A stretch of 64,000 nucleotides of DNA. Source: Octopus sinensis. Its lineage: Eukaryota. Below are positions 52,860-64,000 of the stretch, in pieces. Where the stretch lies: assembly GCF_006345805.1 (NCBI RefSeq), contig NC_042997.1:179986001-180050000 (forward strand), given 5' to 3'. Under the pieces are notes generated by a model, which was given only the letters and a program-made list of their open reading frames with translations, did not search any database and was not told where the DNA came from. Numbering within the stretch: the stretch's first letter is position 1; every line of letters begins with the position of its first letter. The translations under genes and the position numbers were made by a program.

Positions 52860-55450
52860 TTTATGCATTCCTCCAGGGGATAATGTTAATAACTCGCAAG
52901 CATATTTCTTCAATGCATTTTGAGTTCTGACAGTATAGCAGATTCAGAATATTTTCTGAGAATATGCACTTTCAAGTCTCTTTCCAAATTGCACCCATTT
53001 GATTCAAAATGTTCAGGAAGTTCTGTCGAACTGCTTGTTGTTATTGTGCCTGAGGTTACATCTATGCTATTGAATCTTGTTTAATTGTACCTATTTCTTT
53101 ATTACCCACAAGGGGCTAAACATAGAGGGAACAAACAAGGACAGACATAGGTATTAAGTCGATTACATCGACCCCAGTGCGTAACTGATACTTAATTTAT
53201 CGAACCGAAAGGATAAAAGGCAAAGTCGACCTCGGCGGAATTTGAACTCAGAACGTAATGGCAGGCGAAATACCGCTAAGCATTTCGTCCGACGTGCTAA
53301 CGGTTCTGCCAGTTCGCCGCCCTTGTTTAATTGTACCGTTGTACAACCAAGATAAATCAAGTTGGGTTTCCGGCATACTACTGCGTACACCAAAATGGAA
53401 AACTCTACACGTCCAAACTCCTGTGTAAATGATAGCACTTTTGTTATGATTCATGATGGAATTCACATGACTTATGTTGTTGCACATTGAACAAGGCTTA
53501 ACTCTATTGCCGCTGATTTTTAAGGTACAGTGTTCAAAAACACCAATGTTAGTTTTCTTGGAGTCAGAAATAGAGGTTAATAGTTCTCTAATATTTTTAT
53601 CCCATCTAAAGGCTACAATAGGCAGCTGAGAAAAAATTTGCTTAAAACGAGAATATTTTCCGCAACATGCTGCAATCGAATTTTCTGTTCCAGTTAATCA
53701 CTAATGGAATTCTATCACACATAATACTGTGTTTGCTAAGTTATGCGTGAAAGTTTGACTCCCTTTGCTAATCTTAGCTATGTCATTTGCTATTACCTTT
53801 AATCTTGGTTTACTGCAACCGCGTTTTACATAATGGTGTACAAAAGTATTTGTATGTTTCTAGTAATCCCCTATGTCAGCACAAATCTTTATCCTCAAAA
53901 ATTAGGATTTCAGATTCGACCGAATTATATGATGTAGATAATCGGAGCGGCGGTGGAGGTAATTGTGAGATGATGTGGGCTTGCAAAATAACTCTGTCAC
54001 TATTCTGCCTGCAAAAAATTAACTTTTGTGTCCACAAATTCAACGCTAGTTTTTGAAAAACTGGACGTAAATTTTATGTTGGATTTAAAACCATAGCTTT
54101 TAGCATAACAGTCACAGAATCACAGAAATGCAAGAATTCAATTAAACTATCCGGTGATCCCTCCTACACAAAAAAGATGTCATCAGTGAACCGTGACCAG
54201 AGTATTGGTTCATGACCATGTAGGGATTTGAATGTCTTCAGTAATTGTTTCACATTTCGTTATGAAGACATTAGCGAAATTAAATGCTATGGGGGCACCC
54301 ATAGCGCAACTCATTGCTTCATTGTGTTACTTTGTAACACAAATCTCAATAGCTAACTGAGAAAAATGGATGGAATACATTTGTTTGAACCTTTTTCGAA
54401 GGCATTCATGCATACCTCTACCCCATCGTCGTGGTCAGTATTGGGATATATGGAAGAAACATCCATGGTTACCAAAAACAACAAACAACTGTTTCGACAT
54501 GGCTTCCGTGTTTCAAAAGGTTTTTGATTTTAGAAACAATATCAGAAGAATCCTGAATATAAAAACAGGGAGTAGGAAGCCATCCAGCCACTCCGTCCGA
54601 AAAGATGGCTGTACAACGTTCATATCCGCTGCAAGTTGGGTGCATTGAAGGAAATCTTTCGAACTTTTTTTGTATTTTGGGGAGGTGTTCTACTTTTTGA
54701 CTGAAAAATCCTGGAATCGTCCTCAATAACGAAATTCTTTTCCCCCATTTCTATAATTATTTCATCAAGTTCCTCTCTGTAAATTGGGTTTCGATCGACA
54801 GGTAATTCTTCATATAAGGCATAAGTTTTGTCACTTAAAACTTCACAAGCTGCAATATACTCGCCTTTGTCCATAATGACAGTAGCGCCTCATTTATCCG
54901 CCATTTTAATAAGAAAGTAATCATTATTAGCTAGGCGGTAGAGTGCGTAACGTTGGAAATTTGTGAGGTTATTCCAGGACTTCCTTCCACTTAATTTAAG
55001 GCTTTCTCTAATTCCTGTCTAACAAGATTCAAGAAATTCCAGAAGTGCTTGTGAACGTCCATCCTGAACTTCTGGTTACCAATTGGGATACTTTTCAATC
55101 CAATTTTGCCAGATTCGATCACTATCATTTTTATTTTCTGTCAGCATAGGGTTTTTGATTCCTCGTGATCAATTTTTTCAGAAAAAATATGCCTTCAGCT
55201 TGTGAAGTCAGACAAATTAAAATAGCCCTTGAGCTAGTTTATTTTTGTCGAAATCCTTAGTGCGTGGGCAGCCCATGCTCCAAGACAGAGATCATCGGGT
55301 GAAAGTTTTATTTTAGATAAATATATGACCGAGTTATTCTCTAGTGTGATGGATATTCTTGGGAAAATATTTTCAGTTTTGCTTCCATTAGATTCCTGAA
55401 TACTTTTTGGGCTTTGCTCGAAATCTCCACTTAAACCATGGAAAATATTG
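52860..55450 (-). mobile_element. Near-full-length degenerate Penelope-like element (RT + GIY-YIG)
   Basis: In order on the minus strand: IKMADK..VIMDKGEY, HLPKI, VTMDVSSIYPN, AMGAPIAFNFANVF, RFTDDIFF, NIKFT..EFVDT, ELFCKPT..NYLH, LRI..ICAD, PIVAFRWDKNIRELL, VYAVVCRKPNLIYLGCT, ELPEHFESNGC..VHIL. Confidence 0.85.
53092..53321 (-). mobile_element. OK-like SINE inserted in the PLE GIY-YIG region, 16-bp TSD
   Basis: CTTGTTTAATTGTACC at 53076-53091 and 53322-53337. Confidence 0.92.
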
Positions 55451-55521
55451 GGTGATAAAAATTGTCCTGCATGTTGTTGTTGTTATTATTATTATTATAT
55501 TATTATTATTATTATTATTAT

Positions 55522-55568
<47 letters not shown>

Positions 55569-55635
55569 TCATTATTATTATGAATATACACTCAAGGGAT
55601 TAGATAGTTGGAAAAGAAAAGAATAGTAACATCAA

Positions 55636-55682
55636 GACACCTGATGAAAGCTGGAGCGTATGTCAGCCGAAACGCTCTGTTA
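55636..55682 (+). ncRNA. Hammerhead motif antisense to the adjacent PLE (inverted terminal repeat position)
   Basis: CTGATGA-AAGCTG-GAGCGTATGT-CAGCC-GAAA-CGC-TC; stem II GCTG/CAGC; stems I and III degenerate. Confidence 0.6.
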
Positions 55683-55744
55683 ACAACAAACAAAAGGAGG
55701 ACAAATATCCGTCAAACGTAAATAATGCAAATAAGTCTATATCT

Positions 55745-56240
55745 ACTCTAGCTAACACCCCTCAATCTTCCACTGACATACACTCTCTTGCACCTTCCTT
55801 TCTAGGTAGGTACAATCTTGCTAATCCTGCCCTTGGGTAGAGTCCTCTATTCATATTGAATTCCTTCCTAGTTTTTCTGTCTAGCTTTGCTAATTCAGTT
55901 TTTGTCCAATCTACAAAAGCTGCTGAGTATCTAAGTAATGATACTACCCAAGTATTTAGAGCCTTCACTAGAATCGGACCATTTAGCTTTGACTTCATGA
56001 GCTTCCTCACACTTCCGATGTACTCCTCAATTTTCGTTTTCATGCCTGTAGTTAGTACTCTGTTAGATTCTAGTACTCCTTGATGCTTATAACTCTCTCC
56101 TCCTTTCAAACATTTTGATGTCTGCCTATCTGATAATTGAATGCCTTCGCAGTTGAACAATTGCCCCCCTCTCATAACTATTATTACACACTTATCTATG
56201 CCAAACTCCATGTTTGTATGGTTATACAATTGTTACTATT
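55745..56240 (-). mobile_element. R4-clade RT/thumb fragment
   Basis: MEFGIDKC..YKHQGVLES..KSKLNG..KALNTWVVSLLRYSA..WTKTELAKLDRKTRK..LYP....RLYLPRKEG. Confidence 0.88.
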
Positions 56241-56988
56241 TCATCATTTTCAAGATGTACGGAGGTCACATAAATCTACGAAGACACTTGAATCAAATGC
56301 TTTACATGATTAATGAGACAAGTATTAGGGCCTCTTCGTGACACATCGACTATGAAGAATGGCTGTCTTTAATGTTTGATGTGAAGGGTCAACACCATTT
56401 GCTATGGAACAAAGTTACATCCACAACTCCACTGTCTTAACTGCAAGATACATTTAACTGTACCAGCAACATGTTGTCCTACAGTATACTCCACATTTGT
56501 CTCCCTTAACATATTTTGGCTCAAATTAATCTTTTTGTAATAATAATATTTTAAAATCCAGTACTGATTTAATTTTGTTGTCTCACTGTATGAAGTTTGC
56601 GAGAGTTGAATTACATTATGAAGGAAGATAGACATTTACAAGAGAATTCGTCAAGACAACAATGCATGGTATTAATAGAAGTTTTAAGAAATTATTCTTT
56701 TCTTATATATATATATTTTACGAAAAATACAAGATACCTAGCAGATATATATTTCTGTTACATTTGACAGAGCTAATATTAAAAATGACGGCGAAAGAAA
56801 GAAATAGAAGTACATATAAAATTTGGTCTACAACAAATAAATGTGAATTCCGTATTCATTTCTGAGATGCTTTCAGTTGATTAGTACATCTAGGTTATTT
56901 CTCAAATCACTCACACGTCTGTCGCTCTGCATATACCGACCTACCTTCCAACGTACCTACAAATATATTCACATGCATACACGTATAA

Positions 56989-57022
<34 letters not shown>

Positions 57023-57042
57023 TATGCATATGTTTGTAATTG

Positions 57043-57109
<67 letters not shown>

Positions 57110-57705
57110 CATATATATATATACGTATATATATATGTATATATATATCATATGCATACGTTTGTAATTGTAATATATATATGTATATATATGTGTGTGT
57201 GTATATATATGGGGGTGTACGTATTTTGATAGGTTTGCATAAATATATGTATATGTATATATTTCGTGTATAGATAAAATGTATATATATATATTTATTT
57301 ATATATGTGTGTGTGCGTGTATGAGTGCGTGCGTATTAGAACTAGCGTGTTGAATATTGGTACAAAAATGAAATGTTCTAGTAGATGTGAATATGTGATA
57401 GAAAATAACGAAGAAAACTAACAGTAAAATTAATTAGCATAGAATACACACACAAACACAAAACACCAAATTTTGAAATACTCCAATATTCTAATTTCAC
57501 AAATGCACAACTATATGTAACAGTTTAACACATAATATATTTACAAATATATATGGAATAAATACGTGTTATATTGACATATGCACACACGAATATTTTT
57601 GGACACGGAACTAGTATATCTACCTCTTACTATACCCATTCTAACACACATGTATGTATTTATGTTATATATATATGTATATATATATGTATATATATAT
57701 ATATA

Positions 57706-57775
57706 TAACTTAGAATAACTTAGAAAGGTTTTGGCCAGTATTGGCCCAGGCCATGTCTAACTTAATAGCACCATC
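57706..57775 (-). mobile_element. Extreme 3' end of the LINE family at 58131-58540, inverted
   Basis: Reverse complement GCTATTAAGTTAGACATGGCCTGGGCCAATACTGGCCAAAACC matches 58464-58507. Confidence 0.75.
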
Positions 57776-57811
57776 GGCTCATATATATATATGTATATAT
57801 ATATTTTTTAT

Positions 57812-58540
<729 letters not shown>

Positions 58541-58859
58541 TATATACATATATATATATACAAATATATATTTACATATATTTACATACTCTATATATAC
58601 ACACAAACACGCACACTTGTATATACTTAAATATGTATATATACATACACATGTACATTCAAAAATACATATGCATATAAACCCGTATATTCGTTTGAAG
58701 CTTATAATTTACTCGCCCCGAATGATACTTTATGTGATAAGTCAATAAATGTTAATTTTCTGTAACATTCCTTGTACACACACATCATTGGTTTGTAAGA
58801 CTTTTATTGCTCGGTTTTCATCAGATTTCATAACCAATTTAATATTGATTTCAAATCAT

Positions 58860-59626
58860 GTCGCAGGGCCACGAAATTCTGGGGAGGACCAAATTCGATT
58901 ACATCGACACTAGTGCTCGGCTAGTACTTACTTTATCGGCTCTAAAATAATGAAAGGCCAATCGACTGCAGTGGAATTTGAACTCAGGACGTAATAACGG
59001 ACGTTATGGCTTTATGCATTTCGACCAGCGAAGCAACGATTCCTTTCTTTTCTACTCTATGCACAAGGCCCGACATTTTTGAGGAGGCGGTCAGTCGATT
59101 AGATCAGCCCCGGTACGCAACTTGCACGTAATTTATCAACGCCGAAAGAATGAAAAGCAAAATCGACTTCAGTGGAATTCGATCTCAGAACCTAAACACA
59201 GGCGAAATACCTATTTTTTACTACCCACAAGGGGCTAAACACGGAGGGGACAAACAAGGACAGACAAACGGATTAAGTCGATTACATCTACCCCAGTGCG
59301 TAACTGGTACTTATTTAATCGACCCCGAAATGATGAAAAGCAAAGTCGACCTCGGCAAATTTCAACTCAGAACGTAAAGACTGACGAAATACCTATTTCT
59401 TTATTACAAACAAGGGGCTAAACATAGAGGGGACAAACAAGGACAGCCATAGGTATTAAGTCTATTACATCGACCCCAGTGCGGAACTGGTACTTAATTT
59501 ATCGACCCCGAAAGGATGAAAGGCAAAGTCAACCTCGGCGGAATTTGAACTCACAACGTAACGACAGACGAAATACCGCTAAGCATTTCGCCTGGCGTGC
59601 TAACTTTTGTGCCAGCTAGGCGCCTT
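58860..59626 (-). mobile_element. Cluster of OK-like SINE units (head-to-tail trimer plus a separate degenerate copy)
   Basis: Head at about 59626; units restart at the junction AAATAG|GTATTTCG at about 59393 and 59211; older copy at 58860-59040. Confidence 0.88.
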
Positions 59627-60210
59627 AATGACTATTACGTTTTTTTTCCTTCTTGAAAACCGTCACATCTACTGCTCATACATTGTTTACCCATTCATGA
59701 ATTGCAAAATCTAGTCCAAAGATCAACACCTTTTATAAGTTGTAACTCGTAAGCAATTATTTAGACGTGCAATCCCGATTATTGTCATATTTTGGGTGCG
59801 TGAGTAATCTGAAAATATTTGAATGACAGTCCAATCAAGAATAGAAGATTTTTATCAATAAAACCGTCATTGCATTATTAAATTAAAATCATATATCTCA
59901 GTTCAATGTTTTCTGGTCTTAAAGAAAGAAAGCGCATTTTGAAAGACAGGATATTAACAAATGTAAATAAGAAAACTTTGTTTACAAGTATGAACGAATA
60001 CTTGTATTAACTTTTTGTCCCTATTGGTAATACTTTATATAAATAAATATGATTGATAAACGTTGTCCCCATTGGAAAGACTAATATTACTAATAAATAA
60101 TTTTGTATGATGCATAATTGAAATTCATTTTATCTAGAACTATACAAGGTGTTAATTTCTTCTTACCAACATCTTTAACTGTGACTATGCTTTATATGAT
60201 GCTGGTTATA

Positions 60211-60728
60211 TTGGGTTGCCCGGAAAGTTCGTGCTGATTTATAGTAGCTTACCTTTCGATTTATTTTAGAACATGGTTGAGTTCATTAAATAGAATTTGA
60301 CTACACCTCCATTTAAAGCACAGTTTAAGCTATCTTTTCGTGGAAGAAGGTTTATGTTCCTATAACCTGCGTTAATTTCCTAACCCTTTAAAATGGAAGA
60401 TAAGAAAGTTAATTTTCGGCACTTGATATGCTTTTCTTTTTCTGTAAAGGGGAAAATGACTCACAAGCAACCAAAGAAATATGCGCAGTTTACGGTGATG
60501 TTTCTTTATCAGAAAGAACAGTACGGAAGTGGTTCGCAAGGTTCCGATCTGGAGATTGTAGCCTTATTGATAAAGAGCGATCAGGCAGACCATCCACTAC
60601 AGATGATTACCAAATCAAGCCATTAATTGTGAATAACGCACATTACGCAACTCGAGAATTGGCAGAAAGCCACAACCTATCAAAATCCGGCGTTCATGAG
60701 CACCTGGGAAAGCTTGGGGACAACCCGA
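60211..60728 (+). mobile_element. Internally deleted mariner (mellifera/Famar1-like) retaining only the N-terminal DNA-binding region
   Basis: TA|TTGGGTTGCCC left end and GGACAACCCGA|TA right end; MEDKKVNFRHL / MLFFFCKGENDSQATKEICAVYGD..ERTVRKWFARFRSGD.SL.D.ERSGRPS; no DDD region. Confidence 0.88.
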
Positions 60729-60906
60729 TATATACATAAAGTAGTCAACTCAACATATACATTATGAGGTACACTGTTTATATAATTTGGGTGATAGACA
60801 TAATACTGCACGTAAGTTAACACCACCACCTGACACCTAGGTCACATTCAAATGAGTCTACATTTGTGCAATACATACATACACACACACACGCACACAC
60901 ACACAT

Positions 60907-61009
<103 letters not shown>

Positions 61010-61014
61010 TGAAT

Positions 61015-61200
61015 CCAAACAAAGAAGAACAAACAACACTTCTTTCAGTTTCCGTCCACCATATGTATTATATGCATATGTTTGTAATTCACTCACAAAG
61101 ATTTGGTGGGCCTGCGCCTTGCCCAAGGCACTACGCAGTGGTGCTGAACCCAAAACCATATGGTTGGAAAGCAATCTTCTGTCTACAAAGCCACATATAT
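61015..61200 (-). mobile_element. Degenerate CORE-type SINE head
   Basis: TCTTTCAGTTTCCGTC..CACTCACAAAGATTTGGTGG..TTGCCCAAGGCACTACGCAGTGG.CTGAACCC matches 15005-15120. Confidence 0.75.
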
Positions 61201-63128
61201 TTATATATGTGTGTGAGTGTGTTTGTGTGAGTGTATGTATCTGTCTGTTTGTGTATACATGTATTTTGATATACCTCTCTCTCTCTCACTTTCTCTCTTT
61301 CTCTCTCTCTCTATCTCTCTAAAAACACACACGTATATGCATTGGCATACCTCCCATTGAAGGACATTATACATTGTCAGTTGCCCTGTTCGCGATATTA
61401 GCCTAATCTGCCTCAAAGTACATGCTACACTCTATCAGAATTTAGGATTTCTCTACAAAGAGTGTAATGTTTTTGATTACACGATTACTCTACCAACATC
61501 GACTGCAACGTTGTACTCTAAATAAAAAGTTAATAATCAGCAGAATTGCTAGCAGCATCAATGGAATAATTATAAAATATTACAGCGAATGAAATTATTA
61601 ACCTGTATGACAGCCCTGTCTTTCCTGTTTGTGTAGTAATTTTGGAGAAAACAACGAAAGCTTTTATATGTTGAGTGTCTTATTTTCACAATGCAAATTA
61701 TAAGCGATAACATATTTATTTATATAGAAATACAGAATTGTTTAGTTATTAAATAATTCAGTGAAATCATTCACACGGATGGTTATACATAAGTTAGTGT
61801 TAGCAGTTTCAATAGATTCAGCGCTAAGAAATTAAAAATGAATATCTGAAGAGAACAAATTATGTCCAGTATAACTTGGTTCTCCATTGGAAATGTTCGC
61901 AATAAATTAGTTATTGCTTTTAAATATCGGTATCTTTTCAAAGATTGTTAAAGTAAAGTACTACCTGTACAGTAATGCAAATTAGGCTTAAGAGCTTTCT
62001 GCAATCGTTTATTCGCAATAGTATTTTTTCTATGCATATGTGTGAGAATTTTTATTGAAGTAACAGATTCATGGAACAAGATAATGACAATCTTTTAATC
62101 TACTTGTAAATCTAGTTATGGAAAGACTATTATAAACACTATACACATTACGCATGTGTGTATAAATACCCATGCATACATAAACGTAAATATACATTTA
62201 CATATGTATGTATATGTATATATATATATGAATATACATCTATCTAGACATATACATCTATTTATATCAATGTGTATATTGAGCATGTGTGTATGTGCAT
62301 ATTTATGCATGCACACACTCACACACATATATATATATATGATTGCATGCACTAGTTCTACTTCCTTCTACCAATGCAAGTGAGTGATATAGTGTCTGTC
62401 TTTTGGCGATACTTTTAGAATGTCCTTTATTCAAAGTAGTCGAATTTGTCGAAGTTATATGGAAAAACTTACCTGTAATACTCTCATACTTACTCTCTCC
62501 CCCCTCTCTCTCTCTCTAATTCTCTCTCTCTGTACACGAACTAAATAGGTGTGCAGAAAGAATTTATTGACATGAATTATTTACTGGTGTCAAAACGATG
62601 GGTTAAAAATTTAAAGGCATTGAAACAGTTTCTTTGTTGCCCTATGATACCCGTAAGAGCATAAAACTTTTGTCTTTCTTATTCTGCATAGTAATAATCT
62701 TCATTTTAACGATATAAGAGCACACGTACATGTTTTATATACGTTGGATTAGCTAGGTTACCCCGTTGTATATTTTCTTCGGAGCCACAAATAATTATCG
62801 AATTTTCCGGCTTCATCATATTACATTCTGTGGGCATGTAGTGTAAACATTCAAACACCGTCACAATATTTTTAAGTCCTTCTGCATTTCACGTGGAATT
62901 TTTGATCCTGCAACTCACCCGAGAGTACAGGTCGACCTATCAGCGTGTAAATTCTGCTCTGAAAAATTCGACTCTAATGCCGAAAAATACGACAATATAT
63001 TTAAAATCATGAAGCACTTTTGATCAAAATAACTTGATCTAATTTATTTCGCTCTATCTTTTATTACTGGTTAACATTTAGGTATTGTGTGCTTGCATGT
63101 GAGTGTATGTACGTATGTATGTATATAT

Positions 63129-63225
<97 letters not shown>

Positions 63226-64000
63226 CACAATGTTTCGGTGTTTATACTATCCAGGCTTCATGAAGTGTCTTGGGAAAATGTCGAACCTGGATTATATATG
63301 TATACATACACATCCAAACAAAGAATCTTAAATTCTGAAACACGTCTTTAAAAATTTCCTAAATGTAATGCAATAAAACCAATATCATTTGAATTTTAGT
63401 TCCACTAATTTACCTGCAAATATTCTTTTTTGTACACTAAGCAAAACCAAAACCAGCTTTCTATACACAGTCTCTTATGGCTTGAATTTGTCATATCCGT
63501 TTATACAAATACCTCCATGCGAAACCGAACACTAAACAACGGAAAACATTTCACTATCAAACCAAATAAAATGTCGTATTAACAACCGTTTAAACCATAC
63601 CCTGGAAAACACATTGTTTCTTCTACCCTTCTCTCACCACCTTACGTACGCATTTACCTCCCAGGTCTATACACAGCATATATAAATGTCACTTCACATA
63701 TGCATACTGTCAATGATTGTGTATGTGTGTGAGTGTGTCTAATTCAAATAGATTCTTGGCTTAACGTAGGGGTCAGAGACGATGCATTGTTTTCATTTAA
63801 AAAAGTAGCAATGCTGGAATAGAACAATGTAAGAAAAATTTTCTCCAATCTTTAAGAAATTTGGATTGGAAACTTAATGACAAAAAAATCACATTGGTAA
63901 AATTCCTAAACGTAAAGCCTAGCCCCTTCGATGGAACGTTCGAACTGTTCCATAAACCAAATGAGAATTTAAAATATGTTCTCCTACGTTTCCTCTCTGA

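Noticed and set aside
53915-53959. Plus-strand exon candidate xSTELYDVDNRSGGG
   Set aside because: It lies antisense within the PLE RT region (KPT..NYLH motif).
58860-59626. CRISPR-like repeat array
   Set aside because: The repeats are about 180-bp SINE units without unique spacers, there are no cas genes, and the context is eukaryotic.
62455-62490. Minus-strand recursive splice site (ttacag|gtaagt)
   Set aside because: The polypyrimidine tract is poor and the host strand is unknown.

Overview
AT-rich, microsatellite-dense eukaryotic non-coding DNA. The SINE families look like those I recall from Octopus (coleoid cephalopod); this is an inference, not a database result. No host gene can be identified with confidence: there are only short candidate exons on both strands, and nearly all ORFs in the track are translated simple repeats. 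The window is mostly layered mobile DNA: (i) at least three tRNA-derived SINE families, some in head-to-tail multimers; (ii) several 5'-truncated R4/Dong-clade RLE retrotransposons, mostly sitting in or next to (AAT)n arrays; (iii) Penelope-like elements (PLEs), including a degenerate RT+GIY-YIG copy on the minus strand at about 52.9-55.4 kb; (iv) three mariner elements and a probable Chapaev3-type transposase fragment; (v) CR1/L2-type LINE 3' ends. The most striking structure is a set of about 10 type I hammerhead ribozyme motifs with GUA cleavage triplets and mostly palindromic stem III. Several are arranged as fold-back (inverted) pairs at 45.7, 48.4-49.0 and 49.1-49.6 kb. At least one (49525-49602) has an intact core and stems.
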